DNA of 64,000 nucleotides from an uncultured candidate division Zixibacteria bacterium (GTDB taxonomy: Bacteria; Zixibacteria; MSB-5A5; GN15; FEB-12). The DNA is taken from NCBI GenBank assembly GCA_963806185.1, contig CAWDXE010000001.1, forward strand, positions 608,001 through 672,000, given 5' to 3'. The translations under genes were made by a program, and so were the position numbers. Position 1 is the stretch's first letter, and every line of letters starts with the position of its first letter. The notes beneath the pieces are model-generated. The model did not search any database. It was not told the origin of the DNA and worked only from the letters and a program-made list of their open reading frames with translations. Shown here in pieces: positions 42,840-53,650 of the stretch.

Positions 42840-45200
42840 TCATTGACACGCCGCCAGTGGAGTGAAATTAATAAACAGGTTGTGAATTAGCGCGGTCAGG
42901 TCGCCGACGTCCACTCCTCCGATTCCGTCGCAGTTGGCCTCAGCATCACAACAGAGCGGAGTGAAATTGATGAAGAGATTGTCTACGAGAGTGGTCAGGT
43001 CGCCGACGTCGACTTGACCCATCGCGTCACAATCGACATTGCCGGTGGCCCCGATACAGCAAGGATAAGCGTTCAGCTTTGTAACAAATACATCGTTGAA
43101 ACCACTCATGGAGGCCTGGAGTGGATTTTGAAGCGGGAAATTGGCGGAGTAAGTACGACCCATCACATAGGCGCTTCCCCCAGCGTCAATTGCGATTCCA
43201 GTGCCAAATTCATCGTCACTTCCGCCAAGAAACGTGCTGTAGACCAGCCCCGTACCCGCACTGTTCAATTTGGTGACAAAGGCATCGTCGTAGCCGCCAT
43301 GGAACATTTGGTAAGGGTCTTGGACGGGAAAATCTTCGGAATTAACACGCCCCGTTATATAGGCGTTGCCGGCAGCGTCAACCGCGATGTCGTTGGCGTA
43401 ATCATAGTCTCCGCTACTCCCCCCGAGATAGGTGCTGTAGACCAACCCACTGCCGACACTGTTGAGTTTGGTTACGAAGGCATCGGAGTAACCATCTTCA
43501 ACGGGCTGAAATGCATTTTCGATAGGGAAGTCAGTTGAATTGGTTCGACCGGTCATGTAGGCGTTCCCACTGGAATCGACTGCAACCCCGTAGCAGTAGT
43601 CTTCATCGTTCCCTCCGAGGTACGTACTATAAACCAGTCCGTTGCCCGTGGTGTTGAACTTGGTTACAAAGGCATCGACGTAAAAAACAAATGAGGCCTG
43701 GAATGGATTCTGGGTTGGGAAATCCGTCGAATAGGTGTATCCAGTTACATATGCATTCCCGTGAACATCCAGTGCGATTCCAGTACCTTGATCGTAGTCA
43801 GCTCCACCAAGAAAGGTGCTGTAGATCAGTCCACTGCCAGTGCTGTTGAATTTGGAGACGAAGGCATCGTAGTTGCCATCAAGGGAGCCGATGGACGCTT
43901 GGAAGGGATTCTGGGTAGGGAAATTCGCGGATTGGGTATTGCCCATGACAAAGGCATTGCCTTCAGCATCCGCCGCTATGTCGACGCTCCAATCAGCGCC
44001 GTTGGCTCCAAGGTACGTACTGTAAATCAGCCCAGTGCCAACACTGTTGAATTTGGTGACAAAGGCATCGGCGGTATCAATGCTTCCAAGAGCCGACTGG
44101 AAGGGATTCAGGGTCGGGAAGTTCGCGGAAGCGGTAACGCCAGTTACATAGGCATTCCCACCAGAGTCGACCACGATACCAAGGCCTCTGTCATAGCCAC
44201 TTCCCCCGAGATAAGTACTGTAGATCAATCCAACGCCGCTGCTGCCGATCTTAGTTATGAAAGCGTCGGTATAACCAATACCACCGTTGGATGCCTGGAA
44301 AGGACTTTGGGTAGGAAAGTTCGCAGAATAGGTTCCACCCGTTACATAGGCATTCCCTGCGACGTCGGTTGCAATGCCACCCTCCTCATTTTCGGAATTT
44401 CCTCCGCCAAGATAGGTGCTGTAGACTAAACTCACTGCATCTGCGCTTGAGGGAGCCGGCGAACACTGTGTCCGTGAATCAGATTCTGGCTGGTCCGCCA
44501 ACAGAACACCATTAAAGCGATGCTCACCCAGGGACGTCTGGACCCTCGCGAAGTTATCCCTCTGCACCACGGCGCTAATCGTTCCGCGATACTCGACTTT
44601 GACCTGTGCCAATTCGTCGGCGGAGAATGCTGCCATTTCCAAATTCAATCGACCATCAATGGCCGAACACGTCACGTCAACCCCCGGATACAGCCCATGC
44701 ATCGTAAGAGCGCTGTAGTTGGGGACCTCCGTTCGCCATTTCGAGTGATCATTGCCAATGAAATAGTTACACGTGTATTGCTGTTCCTCAAGGCCCATGA
44801 CCTCCACCGTTTCACTGGCACCAACAAACTCCGCCTTGATCATGGCCGTTTCGATGCTGTCGTGATCGTGATTGAACTTGCCGGGTAAGGCCTGGATGAT
44901 GTCAGCGGCAGGATCAGTGGCTGCGGCGGCCGCCGAAGATCTCTCCACTGTCCGGAAGAACTGATACCAGATACCATTCTTCGTGAACCACATCGTCGCC
45001 CCACTGGCATTGGCTCGGTACAGAATGCTATCGGGCCACTGGCCAAGATTCTTGGTAAATGCCAACGGTGAATCACCGAGGCTGCTAAGAACAGTGGACT
45101 TTTCTGGGACCGGCCGTGGATTGTCAGCCCACGCCGTCGCCACCAATACGAACGCCAGGATGCCCAGGAGGGGAATCGGAGTCAGTGCTCGATCGAACAT
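42840..45200 (-). CDS. SBBP beta-propeller repeat protein with dockerin-like tail
   Basis: FTKNLGQW; repeated LIYSTYLGG...IAVD..GNAYVTG.T.S.NFP; tail CCIGATGNVDC..VDVGDLT. Confidence 0.85.
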   Translation of the reverse strand: MFDRALTPIPLLGILAFVLVATAWADNPRPVPEKSTVLSSLGDSPLAFTKNLGQWPDSILYRANASGATMWFTKNGIWYQFFRTVERSSAAAAATDPAADIIQALPGKFNHDHDSIETAMIKAEFVGASETVEVMGLEEQQYTCNYFIGNDHSKWRTEVPNYSALTMHGLYPGVDVTCSAIDGRLNLEMAAFSADELAQVKVEYRGTISAVVQRDNFARVQTSLGEHRFNGVLLADQPESDSRTQCSPAPSSADAVSLVYSTYLGGGNSENEEGGIATDVAGNAYVTGGTYSANFPTQSPFQASNGGIGYTDAFITKIGSSGVGLIYSTYLGGSGYDRGLGIVVDSGGNAYVTGVTASANFPTLNPFQSALGSIDTADAFVTKFNSVGTGLIYSTYLGANGADWSVDIAADAEGNAFVMGNTQSANFPTQNPFQASIGSLDGNYDAFVSKFNSTGSGLIYSTFLGGADYDQGTGIALDVHGNAYVTGYTYSTDFPTQNPFQASFVFYVDAFVTKFNTTGNGLVYSTYLGGNDEDYCYGVAVDSSGNAYMTGRTNSTDFPIENAFQPVEDGYSDAFVTKLNSVGSGLVYSTYLGGSSGDYDYANDIAVDAAGNAYITGRVNSEDFPVQDPYQMFHGGYDDAFVTKLNSAGTGLVYSTFLGGSDDEFGTGIAIDAGGSAYVMGRTYSANFPLQNPLQASMSGFNDVFVTKLNAYPCCIGATGNVDCDAMGQVDVGDLTTLVDNLFINFTPLCCDAEANCDGIGGVDVGDLTALIHNLFINFTPLAACQ

Positions 45201-45262
45201 CGGATGCTCTCTTTCTGTTTTCCTCCACAATGACGCGATGCATCTTTATCGTATATTCATCC

Positions 45263-47617
45263 TCACTGACACCCCGCCAGTGGTGTAAAATTGATAAACA
45301 GATTGTCAATAAGCCTGGTTAGGTCGCCAACGTCCACGCCTCCGCTGCCGTCGCAGTTGGCCTCGTCATCACAGCAGAGCGGAGTGAAATTGATGAATAG
45401 ATTATCAATGAGCGTGGTCAGGTCGCCGACGTCGACTTGATCCATCGCGTCGCAATCGACATTTCCCGAGGGGCCTGAGCAACAAGAATACGATCCAAAC
45501 TTTACTACAAAGGCATCGTAAGGCCGGTTTGTACTACCACCTCCAAATAAAGCCTGGAATGGATCCCGGGTTGGAAAATCCGAGGAGTAGGTTTCTCCCG
45601 ATAAAAAGGCATTCCCACCTGTGTCCACCGCGATGCCAAAGCCATAATCATAGCCATACGTACCTAGATATGTGCTGTAGACTAGTCCATTTCCGGCCTT
45701 GTTGAGTTTGGTGACAAATGCATCGGCAGTGCCGCCGTTGGACGCCTGAAATGGGCTCAAGATGGGATAGTTCTCAGACCCGGTACCGCCAGTTACATAG
45801 GCATGACCAGCGACATCGACCGCGATACCACTTCCCTGATCCCCGAGATTTCCTCCGAGGTAGGTGCTGTAAATCAGTCCACCGCCGGCACTGCTGAGCT
45901 TAGTCACAAAGGCATCGGATGTCCCACTAAGCGAGGCCTGAAGCGGATTCTGAGTAGGAAAGTTCGCCGATAGTGTGTAGCCCGTTACATATGCATTTCC
46001 CACCACGTCTACAGCAATTCCAAAGCCATACTCAGCCCCACTTCCTCCGAGATACGTGCCGTAAACAAGACCGTTACCGGAGCTATTTAGCCTGGCGACA
46101 AATACGTCCCTGTATCCGCCTCCCAGGGAGTCCTGAAAGGAATTCTGGGTGGGAAAGTTCGTGGATTCAGTCAAACCCATGACACAGACTTTCCCTGCGG
46201 AATCGACACCAATTCCATTGGCCCAATCATCGCCATCTCCCCCGAGATAGGTGCTGTAGATCAGTCCACTGCCAGCATTGTTTAGTTTGGTGACAAAAGC
46301 ATCGAAGGTACTGCCGAGAGAATCCTGGAAAGGATTCTTGGTGGGGAAGTTTTCGGACGTTACAACGCCCGTTACATAGGCATTTCCTTCGGCGTCAATC
46401 GCGATACCGCCTCCACCATCGTCGCGAATCCCTCCAAGAAACGTACTGTAAATCAGTGCACTGCCGTCATTGGTGATTTTGAGAACAAAAGCGTCGTTGT
46501 CGCCTCCTTTGAGCGCTTGGAATGGAGCCTGAGTCGGGAAATTTGCGGAATTGGTGCTGCCCGCCACACAGGCATTACCCTCGGCGTCGACCGCGATGCC
46601 TCGGCCGTAATCACTGTTACTTCCCCCAAAGTAAGAGCTGTAAACGAGTCCACTTCCGACAGTATTTAATTTGGCGACAAATGCATCGGACGAGCCACTA
46701 TCGATGTAAGCCTGATACGGATTCTGAGTCGGGAAATTCACGGAATAGGTCGAACCCGTTACATATGCATTTCCCTCGGTGTTGACAGCAACACTATACC
46801 CATAATCTCCGTCTTTCCCCCCAAGAAACGTACTGTATACCAGAGTCACTCCGCTGGCGGCCGACGTTGCGGATGAAATTTTGCTTGCCGATCTTGATTC
46901 AAACGCATCGGCCAACAAGGCACTTTTAAAGTGATGTTCGCCGAGCGACGTCTGAATGGTCGTGACATTGTCCCTCTGAAATGTTGAATCAACAGCCCCT
47001 TGGTAGTCGACTTTGACCCGAGCGAGAGCACCATTGGATGAGGCTTTCACCTCCTCTTGCAAATTACCGTTCCTGACCACGAATGTGATGTCCACCCCCG
47101 GGTAGAGCCCGCGCATCGTAAGAGCACTGTAATTGGGGACGTTCGTGCGCCACTTAGAGTGATCATTACCCATGAAGTAATTGCATTTGTAATCTTGTTC
47201 ATTGAGGCCAACAACTTCGACCGCCTCACTGGCGCCGACAAACTCCGCCTTAATCATGGTCGTTTCGATGCTGTCGCGAATGAGTCTGCCGGATGAAGCG
47301 TGAATTGCGTCAGCGGCAGGTTCAGTGGCTGCGGTGGCCGCCGAAGATCTCTCCACTGTCCGGGAAAACTGGTACCAGATACCGTTCTTGGTGAACCACA
47401 TCGTCGCACCATTGGCATTGGCCCGGAACAGAATGCTGTCTGGCCACTGGCCAAGATTCTTGGTGAACGCCATCGGCTTGAATGTGAGATCTTGCGAGCT
47501 TTGACTCGATTCTTTGTGTTGGATTGAGTCGATCGTCGAATTGGCCACGGCAACACTTGACACCAGGCCGAAAGTGGCTGCGACCAGGACCAACCGATTC
47601 ACGGTGGCAATAACCAT
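45263..47617 (-). CDS. SBBP beta-propeller repeat protein with dockerin-like tail (tandem paralog)
   Basis: Same architecture as 42840-45200, with long near-identical stretches. Confidence 0.85.
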   Translation of the reverse strand: MVIATVNRLVLVAATFGLVSSVAVANSTIDSIQHKESSQSSQDLTFKPMAFTKNLGQWPDSILFRANANGATMWFTKNGIWYQFSRTVERSSAATAATEPAADAIHASSGRLIRDSIETTMIKAEFVGASEAVEVVGLNEQDYKCNYFMGNDHSKWRTNVPNYSALTMRGLYPGVDITFVVRNGNLQEEVKASSNGALARVKVDYQGAVDSTFQRDNVTTIQTSLGEHHFKSALLADAFESRSASKISSATSAASGVTLVYSTFLGGKDGDYGYSVAVNTEGNAYVTGSTYSVNFPTQNPYQAYIDSGSSDAFVAKLNTVGSGLVYSSYFGGSNSDYGRGIAVDAEGNACVAGSTNSANFPTQAPFQALKGGDNDAFVLKITNDGSALIYSTFLGGIRDDGGGGIAIDAEGNAYVTGVVTSENFPTKNPFQDSLGSTFDAFVTKLNNAGSGLIYSTYLGGDGDDWANGIGVDSAGKVCVMGLTESTNFPTQNSFQDSLGGGYRDVFVARLNSSGNGLVYGTYLGGSGAEYGFGIAVDVVGNAYVTGYTLSANFPTQNPLQASLSGTSDAFVTKLSSAGGGLIYSTYLGGNLGDQGSGIAVDVAGHAYVTGGTGSENYPILSPFQASNGGTADAFVTKLNKAGNGLVYSTYLGTYGYDYGFGIAVDTGGNAFLSGETYSSDFPTRDPFQALFGGGSTNRPYDAFVVKFGSYSCCSGPSGNVDCDAMDQVDVGDLTTLIDNLFINFTPLCCDDEANCDGSGGVDVGDLTRLIDNLFINFTPLAGCQ

Positions 47618-48009
47618 GATAGATTACTTTCTCCCAGAGGTTCTATGTGTGCGATGGAATCTTTGGGTCGAACGTGATTGAGAACGTACCAGCTTCAGTA
47701 AGGGTACTGATTCAGTATAGATTGAAACGGTCAGGTTACAAGACTTATTTTATCGAATTAGTGGTAATCGGAGGGAAGAGGCGCGAAGAAAGGTAATTTC
47801 TCAAGTGATTGGGGCTAGGAACCACGATAGCCCAAGGATGTAACCTGAAGATTACGAAAGAGATAGCGGTGTATACGGGTACGCCAGCCAGGGAAGGTGA
47901 AATGTCAGTGGTGGTCCCGCTCAGATTCCGAATTAGCGCTCAACAGGTAACTGTTAAAATCGACCGTCAAGTTCTTGGTCAACGACACCCGAGCGCTTGA
48001 CGGGATTTG

Positions 48010-48061
48010 TCAGGCCGCGTTTTCGATCACCCAGTTGCAGAACGCGTCTCGTCAACCCCGC
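48010..48061 (+). repeat. att-like repeat copy 5, with the exact tRNA-Asp 3' end
   Basis: 48046-48061 GTCTCGTCAACCCCGC is identical to 23833-23848. Confidence 0.92.
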
Positions 48062-48079
48062 ATTGATTGAAATGCAGTC

Positions 48080-48113
48080 CCCCTCGAAAAGGCCAGTCGG
48101 GGGGTTTTTGTTT
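48080..48113 (+). terminator. Intrinsic terminator just after repeat copy 5
   Basis: CCCCTCGA-N9-TCGGGGGG followed by TTTTTGTTT. Confidence 0.7.
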
Positions 48114-48195
48114 GTGGACCACCCGCAGCCGAGCTATGGGGTACCAAGTTTGAACCGCACGTCAGGCTCGGCCGTGCCAGTTATCGCGCCCGAGG

Positions 48196-48543
48196 TTAAT
48201 CCTGCCTGACTATATCGACTGAGATCTCCACTGCCGGAATCGTTCCTCTGTTCTCGAGCCAGTGTGTGGTGTTTCTATCCTCGGGCCAGCCCAGTCCCGG
48301 CCCATAGCCCGTAGCGACTCCATTTCGATGGTCAGTAATCGTTCCTTGCAGAATGTAGACTGTGCCAGGTCTGCCTTTATGGTCGTGAATCGGGCCGAAG
48401 ACGCCACCAGGCTCGATGGTCACCATACGCATTCGAAGTTGGCGCCCTTCCATGCCTTCGATCTCAGGGCCAAGGTCAACCGTAGCAAGTAACTTCACCG
48501 TAACACCTTTTGTCTCAGGTGCCACCTGTTCGTTACTCATCAT
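48196..48543 (-). CDS. Cupin domain protein
   Basis: VTIEPGG..GPIHDHKGRPG.VYILQG...THWLENRG. Confidence 0.8.
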   Translation of the reverse strand: MMSNEQVAPETKGVTVKLLATVDLGPEIEGMEGRQLRMRMVTIEPGGVFGPIHDHKGRPGTVYILQGTITDHRNGVATGYGPGLGWPEDRNTTHWLENRGTIPAVEISVDIVRQD

Positions 48544-49548
48544 GCTCTCCTCTCTATACCGTCAGGGCCTAACGGGAAGTAGATTCATTACTATCTGCCT
48601 TAGAATATGGATTATATCCACATTATCCACGATAGATCACAATATACCCGGCACCGGGGGACGTCGCAAGCGTATATACGGCAGCGGTCAATTGGTCGGC
48701 GGAATGGGCGGTCCTGATGGAGGACACGCCCAGGAGAAAAGTGAAAGCCCCGGTGTTTGGAGTGTTGAAATCCCTTAGTCGAATTGGATTCGAATGTCAT
48801 CCAACAACTGCCGTCATATCTGGCGCATTACGGTCGGACCGGGAATCTTAAGGCGAAAAAAGTCTGGACAGAGTGAGGTTGGGCCCGCCATTATCATTTA
48901 AATAGCCCCATGCTATCTATACGACCATGCGTAATTGTGCATCCCGCCCCCCGTCCGCACTTGAAATCCATTTGGGTTAACAGAGATTTCCGGCGCCACG
49001 ATCGGCTCACCATCTGATTCTATAGACATTTAGCGCGCGGGGCGACCGACGCCCCCACGTTTCAAGACTCCCTCACTCACTGAACTTGCCGGGTAGCGTT
49101 CCTGGATTCGCATAGAACCTCGCTGCATCTGAAGTGTCCGTAGAGATCCGCGCGGCCACTTGCGCATCAGGTCCTCGCTGATTCGTAGAAGAAGGATTTC
49201 AGTGTACTCATAAAGTGTGGTCGCCAGACACTTACCGCATTGGGTCACACCGACAGTATGTCACTTGTTTTCCGCGCCGGTGTTGTGACAACCGTGACTC
49301 TTTCGGACAACACACCCTCTCCAGTCTACAGCTCACAACCGCTTTGGACAGTGTCCTTGGGGCTTTGAGTACCATCACTGCCTCCGGCGGCTCCTGGGAT
49401 TTGCCTACTCTGCGAATCCAACTGCTGACGGATCAGGGCATCAGTGTCTGGGTTCGGCTTCCGGGCCGGGGTACTTGGTTAGAATTCGTCGTCGTACGGG
49501 GCTAAGATAGAGGACACGTTTAATCCTTCTTGTCCCTTATCTTTGTCG

Positions 49549-49576
49549 TTGACAACCGGAGCTTTTTTACCATATT
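49549..49576 (+). promoter_or_regulatory. Putative sigma70 promoter
   Basis: TTGACA-N16-CATATT upstream of the gene at 49818. Confidence 0.45.
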
Positions 49577-49817
49577 TATAGTAGGTGATTGAGCAGGTCA
49601 TCTTATACTCCGGACCGAGTACATCCGACGACAATTACTCTCCGGTGACCCCGACACGTAATACGTTACGAAATAGACACATCGGTAAGAGCTCCGCTCA
49701 TCACAGTTTGTGTGGTGAGGTGTCGAGCGTGGGTTGTGATGTGCTCTAAAATACGTGGATGGCTGCACCTACGAAACGAGCGACAATTGAAATCTCTAGA
49801 TAGTTCGAGGTGACACA

Positions 49818-51797
49818 ATGAATCGGTTTTCAATTTGGCTGGCCACAGCAGTGCTCTGGCTGCTGGCAACGTCGGTCTGGGCACTGGACCCTCATTTTCT
49901 TGCCCCTGTCGATTACACGGTCGGAAGTAATCCGCAGAGTTTGTGCATTGCCGACTTCAACAAGGACGGCAAGCCCGACCTTGCGACAGTCAACACTCTT
50001 GGCAATGACGTCTCGATACTGATGAACAACGGTGACGGCACGTTCGCCGCGGCCGTAAGTTATGCCGTTGGCACCCATCCGACGGCCGCTTGTATCATCG
50101 ACGTAGACGACGATAGTTGGCCGGATCTGGCAGTGACTAATTATGGTTCAGCCAGCATTTCGATTCTGATGAATCTGACTGATGGCACCTTCGACCCGGC
50201 GGTCAATTACAATTGTGGCATTCAACCCAACTCCATCTGTGCCGCCGACCTTGACGGCGACCTGAAGATTGACCTCGCAGTGGCAAACTTCGGTTCCGGC
50301 GACGTTTCAGTGATGATAAATCTCAACAACTCGAAGTTCCCGACAGCCGTTAGTTATGCAACCGGGAATAATCCCTTTTCCATTTGCTCCGCCGATTTCA
50401 ATGCCGACGGCAGGCCCGACCTGGCGGTGGTGAATGCCTCTGACAACAACGTGTCGATCCTCAGAAACACGGGAAGCGGGATTTATGCCGCCGCAGTAAA
50501 CTACCCGGTCGGAACCTATCCTGTGTCGATCGCTGCTGCCGATGTCAACGCGAACGGAACTGCGGATCTGGCCGTGGCCAATTCCGGATCAAACACGGCA
50601 TCGATACTCATCAACAATGGGGGCGGCGTATTTGCCGCGGCTGTTGACTACGACGCTGGAAGTTCACCCTCTTCAATTCTGGCGGCCGATCTGGACAAGG
50701 ACGGAAGGCCGGATCTGGCTGTGGCTAACATGACGGTCGACAGCATCTCTGTCCTGCGCAACAACGGCAACGGAACATATTCCGCCGCATTAACCCACGT
50801 CGCAGGGCTCGGACCGCAGTCGATCGGCAGTGCCGATATGAACGGCGACCTCATGCCCGACCTGGCAGTGGCCAACAGTTCTTCCTGGACCGTCTCGGTG
50901 CTGATAGGAGTTCGCCAGTGGAAGATAACCGCCTCGGCGGGTGCGAACGGGGCAATAGCGCCTACTGGAATCGTGGGCGTCTACGAAGGGACAGACCAAA
51001 CATTCGCGGTCAATCCGAACACCGGATACCACGTCGCCAATGTGATCGTCGATGGTTTGTCCATCGGACCGGTCACCAGTCATACGTTTTTCGGCATTGC
51101 CGGCAATCACACGATCAGTGCGACTTTTGCCATCAATACGTATACCATCACAGCATCAGCTGGTCCCAATGGATCGATTACCCCAAGCGGTATCACTGTC
51201 GTCAACTACGGTGGCGGTCAGACGTATAACATTGTGCCGGCAAGTTGTTACCATGTGTTGGATGTCACGGTGGACAGCGTTTCCGTTGGACCAGTGACGA
51301 CTTATCCATACACGAATGTGTCGGCAAATCACACCATTGAAGCGACGTTTGCAATCAACGTACACACGATTACAGCGACGGCCGGGATCCACGGTTCAAT
51401 CAATCCGAGCGGTCCCGTATCGGTTAACTGCGGATCGGACAAATCGTTTACCATAGTTCCGGACTCAGCTTTCTACGTAAAGGATGTCATGGTTGATGAC
51501 GTCAGTGTCGGAGCAGTGACCAATCACACGATCACTCATGCCGTCAAAGACTATACCATCGCGGCGACCTTCAGCTGTTGTGGCAATCTGACCGGCAACG
51601 TGGACTGCTCGACCGGTGACGGCGTCGACATCGGTGATCTAACGGCCTTGATAGACAATTTATTTATCACCTTCACGCCGCTGTGCTGCGAAGCAGAGGC
51701 CAACTGTGATGGCGTTGGTGGAGTGGATATTGGCGATCTCACGGCGCTGATTGACAACTTGTTCATCACTTTCACGCAGCTGGCGGCATGTCAGTAG
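49818..51797 (+). CDS. FG-GAP/VCBS repeat protein with three beta-repeat domains and dockerin-like tail
   Basis: Signal peptide; seven ADxxxDGxPDLAV repeats; three ITASAG.NG.I.P repeats; CCGNLTGNVDC tail. Confidence 0.85.
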   Translation: MNRFSIWLATAVLWLLATSVWALDPHFLAPVDYTVGSNPQSLCIADFNKDGKPDLATVNTLGNDVSILMNNGDGTFAAAVSYAVGTHPTAACIIDVDDDSWPDLAVTNYGSASISILMNLTDGTFDPAVNYNCGIQPNSICAADLDGDLKIDLAVANFGSGDVSVMINLNNSKFPTAVSYATGNNPFSICSADFNADGRPDLAVVNASDNNVSILRNTGSGIYAAAVNYPVGTYPVSIAAADVNANGTADLAVANSGSNTASILINNGGGVFAAAVDYDAGSSPSSILAADLDKDGRPDLAVANMTVDSISVLRNNGNGTYSAALTHVAGLGPQSIGSADMNGDLMPDLAVANSSSWTVSVLIGVRQWKITASAGANGAIAPTGIVGVYEGTDQTFAVNPNTGYHVANVIVDGLSIGPVTSHTFFGIAGNHTISATFAINTYTITASAGPNGSITPSGITVVNYGGGQTYNIVPASCYHVLDVTVDSVSVGPVTTYPYTNVSANHTIEATFAINVHTITATAGIHGSINPSGPVSVNCGSDKSFTIVPDSAFYVKDVMVDDVSVGAVTNHTITHAVKDYTIAATFSCCGNLTGNVDCSTGDGVDIGDLTALIDNLFITFTPLCCEAEANCDGVGGVDIGDLTALIDNLFITFTQLAACQ

Positions 51798-51809
51798 AAT
51801 CTATCGAAC

Positions 51810-51843
51810 GGAGGGCTGGCTTCGTTGGTGAAGCCAGTTCTCC
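51810..51843. terminator. Hairpin between convergent genes
   Basis: GGAGGGCTGGCTTC-gttggt-GAAGCCAGTTCTCC. Confidence 0.55.
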
Positions 51844-51934
51844 ACGGTTCAGTCTCACAGCACCCAACAGTTGCTACGCGGCGTTTCTCAACCCGCCCGC
51901 GCCCCTCAAGCAGACCGGCGCAATCGGTCTTGGT

Positions 51935-52348
51935 TCAGTTGGCCTTCTGAACTCTGAAATTTACGGTACCTGTTACGCGGGTGAACCGCACCCTAAGTGT
52001 CCAGGGACCGGGTTCCGCGATTCCTCTCTGAGTTGTGCCAAAAGTTCCATTGGCGGTCAGGTCATGGCTATAGACCTGAGTGCCGAGAGAATCCAGTATT
52101 TCCAACGTCATCGTGCCGGAGGCGCCCGCGCTGGTAGACTGATTGACGGTAGCCGTATCGCCGGTGTTTCGCCAAGTGTAGTCCTTGGAGAAAGTGACGT
52201 TCTTCATGGCGGTCGCCTGGAACTGGAAGTTGTCTACCACATTTGTGATCTCCGGCTGATAGGGGGCTAATGGACTTGTCGACTTATCACTGCATCCTGC
52301 AGCAGCGACAACCAAGAGCAGCAGGCATGAGAAGATTGTGACTCTCAT
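51935..52348 (-). CDS. Lipoprotein
   Basis: Lipobox AAG-C after a hydrophobic stretch; RBS AGGAG. Confidence 0.75.
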   Translation of the reverse strand: MRVTIFSCLLLLVVAAAGCSDKSTSPLAPYQPEITNVVDNFQFQATAMKNVTFSKDYTWRNTGDTATVNQSTSAGASGTMTLEILDSLGTQVYSHDLTANGTFGTTQRGIAEPGPWTLRVRFTRVTGTVNFRVQKAN

Positions 52349-52530
52349 GATGATTTCTCCTTTCTTAAATACGAATCTGCGGTCTCATTAGATTACATGA
52401 CCAACCCACAGCCCGCCCATACGTCGAACCTCAGAATTCCGAATCCGTCGCGTCACTGCCAATTGCATTGCTCGAACTCCGAAATAAGACAGCCAGGAAA
52501 TCTGCCGGCCACTTCCCACATCTACCCGCC

Positions 52531-53631
52531 TCAGAACCGCAGATCCAAACCAATCCCGCCCGTCAGATCAAGATAGTCATACACCCAGTAGTTCGACTGC
52601 TTGTGATAATTGCGGAGATGTCCTACAAGGGTTACCAGGTCACTGAGCTGGTATCGGTGCTCAAACTGAAAATCGGCGTAGTCGATGTGCACCCGGTTGA
52701 GACGGCCGATACTGCTGTTCCAGTAGTTGGGGTAATCTTTGTTCTTGAATTCGAATGAGATTCGGGTTTGATGCCGACCGCCGGGATACAGTTTGAGATC
52801 GATCTGATACCGGCGCTGCATGTAACCGTAGAAATTCTCGAAATTATCATTGCGATCGATGTACTGCAGCGTGACGCCGACTTCATTCTTGCGCCAGAAT
52901 TGACACGTTCCGGCAATAAGGGTGCTGTTCTCCCGGAAGCTGCGAATCTCGAATGGCCGATTTACGAACGCACCGTATCTGACGGTGTACGTCCGCCGCT
53001 TGTCGTAAGTTCGTCGCTCCGACGCGAATTCGGCGCGTAATTCCACCCGGTCACCCATCGGCACATGCGCCCCGACCTGAACGTCTCGACTAATGTAGTC
53101 GTAGGAAGTCAGTCCCGGTTCCTCGTCATAGTTCTCACCCTGATACGTAAAGCTCTGGTCAAAGCGAACGCCAAACAGTTCAACCCGATTCCAGAGACCA
53201 AAGGTGCTTTCCCATCGTTTCAACGTTCGTGACTGAAGAGTCCCGGTGTCGTCTATCAGATCCTTGTTGCGGCGTCCCACCGAAACCTCACCCCCCACTC
53301 TGCCATTTTTCGCATAGCGATAAGTCGGTTCATACGCGAAGCCAAGCGAACTTCTGTTTCGGTTGCTGTAGCTCGGATATGCATCCAGGTCTGTCGACAC
53401 TGTTACGCGCTGGCTCAGCCTTGGCGTGAGCCGAAGCTGCCAGTTAAGGTCGGCAGCCAGTTGATTCAGGAAGGCCGACGTCTGAATCGAATCGGCATAG
53501 GCATGATAGATATTGGATTCGTATGCGCCCTGATAGGAGGTGGAGAACTCCCATCGCGACTTCGACTTTACCTTGGCAAAACCACTGGTCGCCAGCAACA
53601 GCGCACAGACTAAGATGACGGGTGATCGCAT
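52531..53631 (-). CDS. Outer-membrane beta-barrel protein
   Basis: Signal peptide; YESNIY; Tyr/Arg-rich alternating strands; ends GLDLRF. Confidence 0.75.
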   Translation of the reverse strand: MRSPVILVCALLLATSGFAKVKSKSRWEFSTSYQGAYESNIYHAYADSIQTSAFLNQLAADLNWQLRLTPRLSQRVTVSTDLDAYPSYSNRNRSSLGFAYEPTYRYAKNGRVGGEVSVGRRNKDLIDDTGTLQSRTLKRWESTFGLWNRVELFGVRFDQSFTYQGENYDEEPGLTSYDYISRDVQVGAHVPMGDRVELRAEFASERRTYDKRRTYTVRYGAFVNRPFEIRSFRENSTLIAGTCQFWRKNEVGVTLQYIDRNDNFENFYGYMQRRYQIDLKLYPGGRHQTRISFEFKNKDYPNYWNSSIGRLNRVHIDYADFQFEHRYQLSDLVTLVGHLRNYHKQSNYWVYDYLDLTGGIGLDLRF

Positions 53632-53650
53632 AGGTGTATGTTCCTGTGTG

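Noticed and set aside
48884..48895. CCCGCCATTATC, resembling the right flank of scar 2
   Set aside because: No GAACGCGTCTCGT core; too short to call a seventh copy.
48560..49540. About 1 kb with only short ORFs, checked for integrase or IS remnants
   Set aside because: No recognisable motif, terminal repeat or RNA structure by eye; left unannotated.
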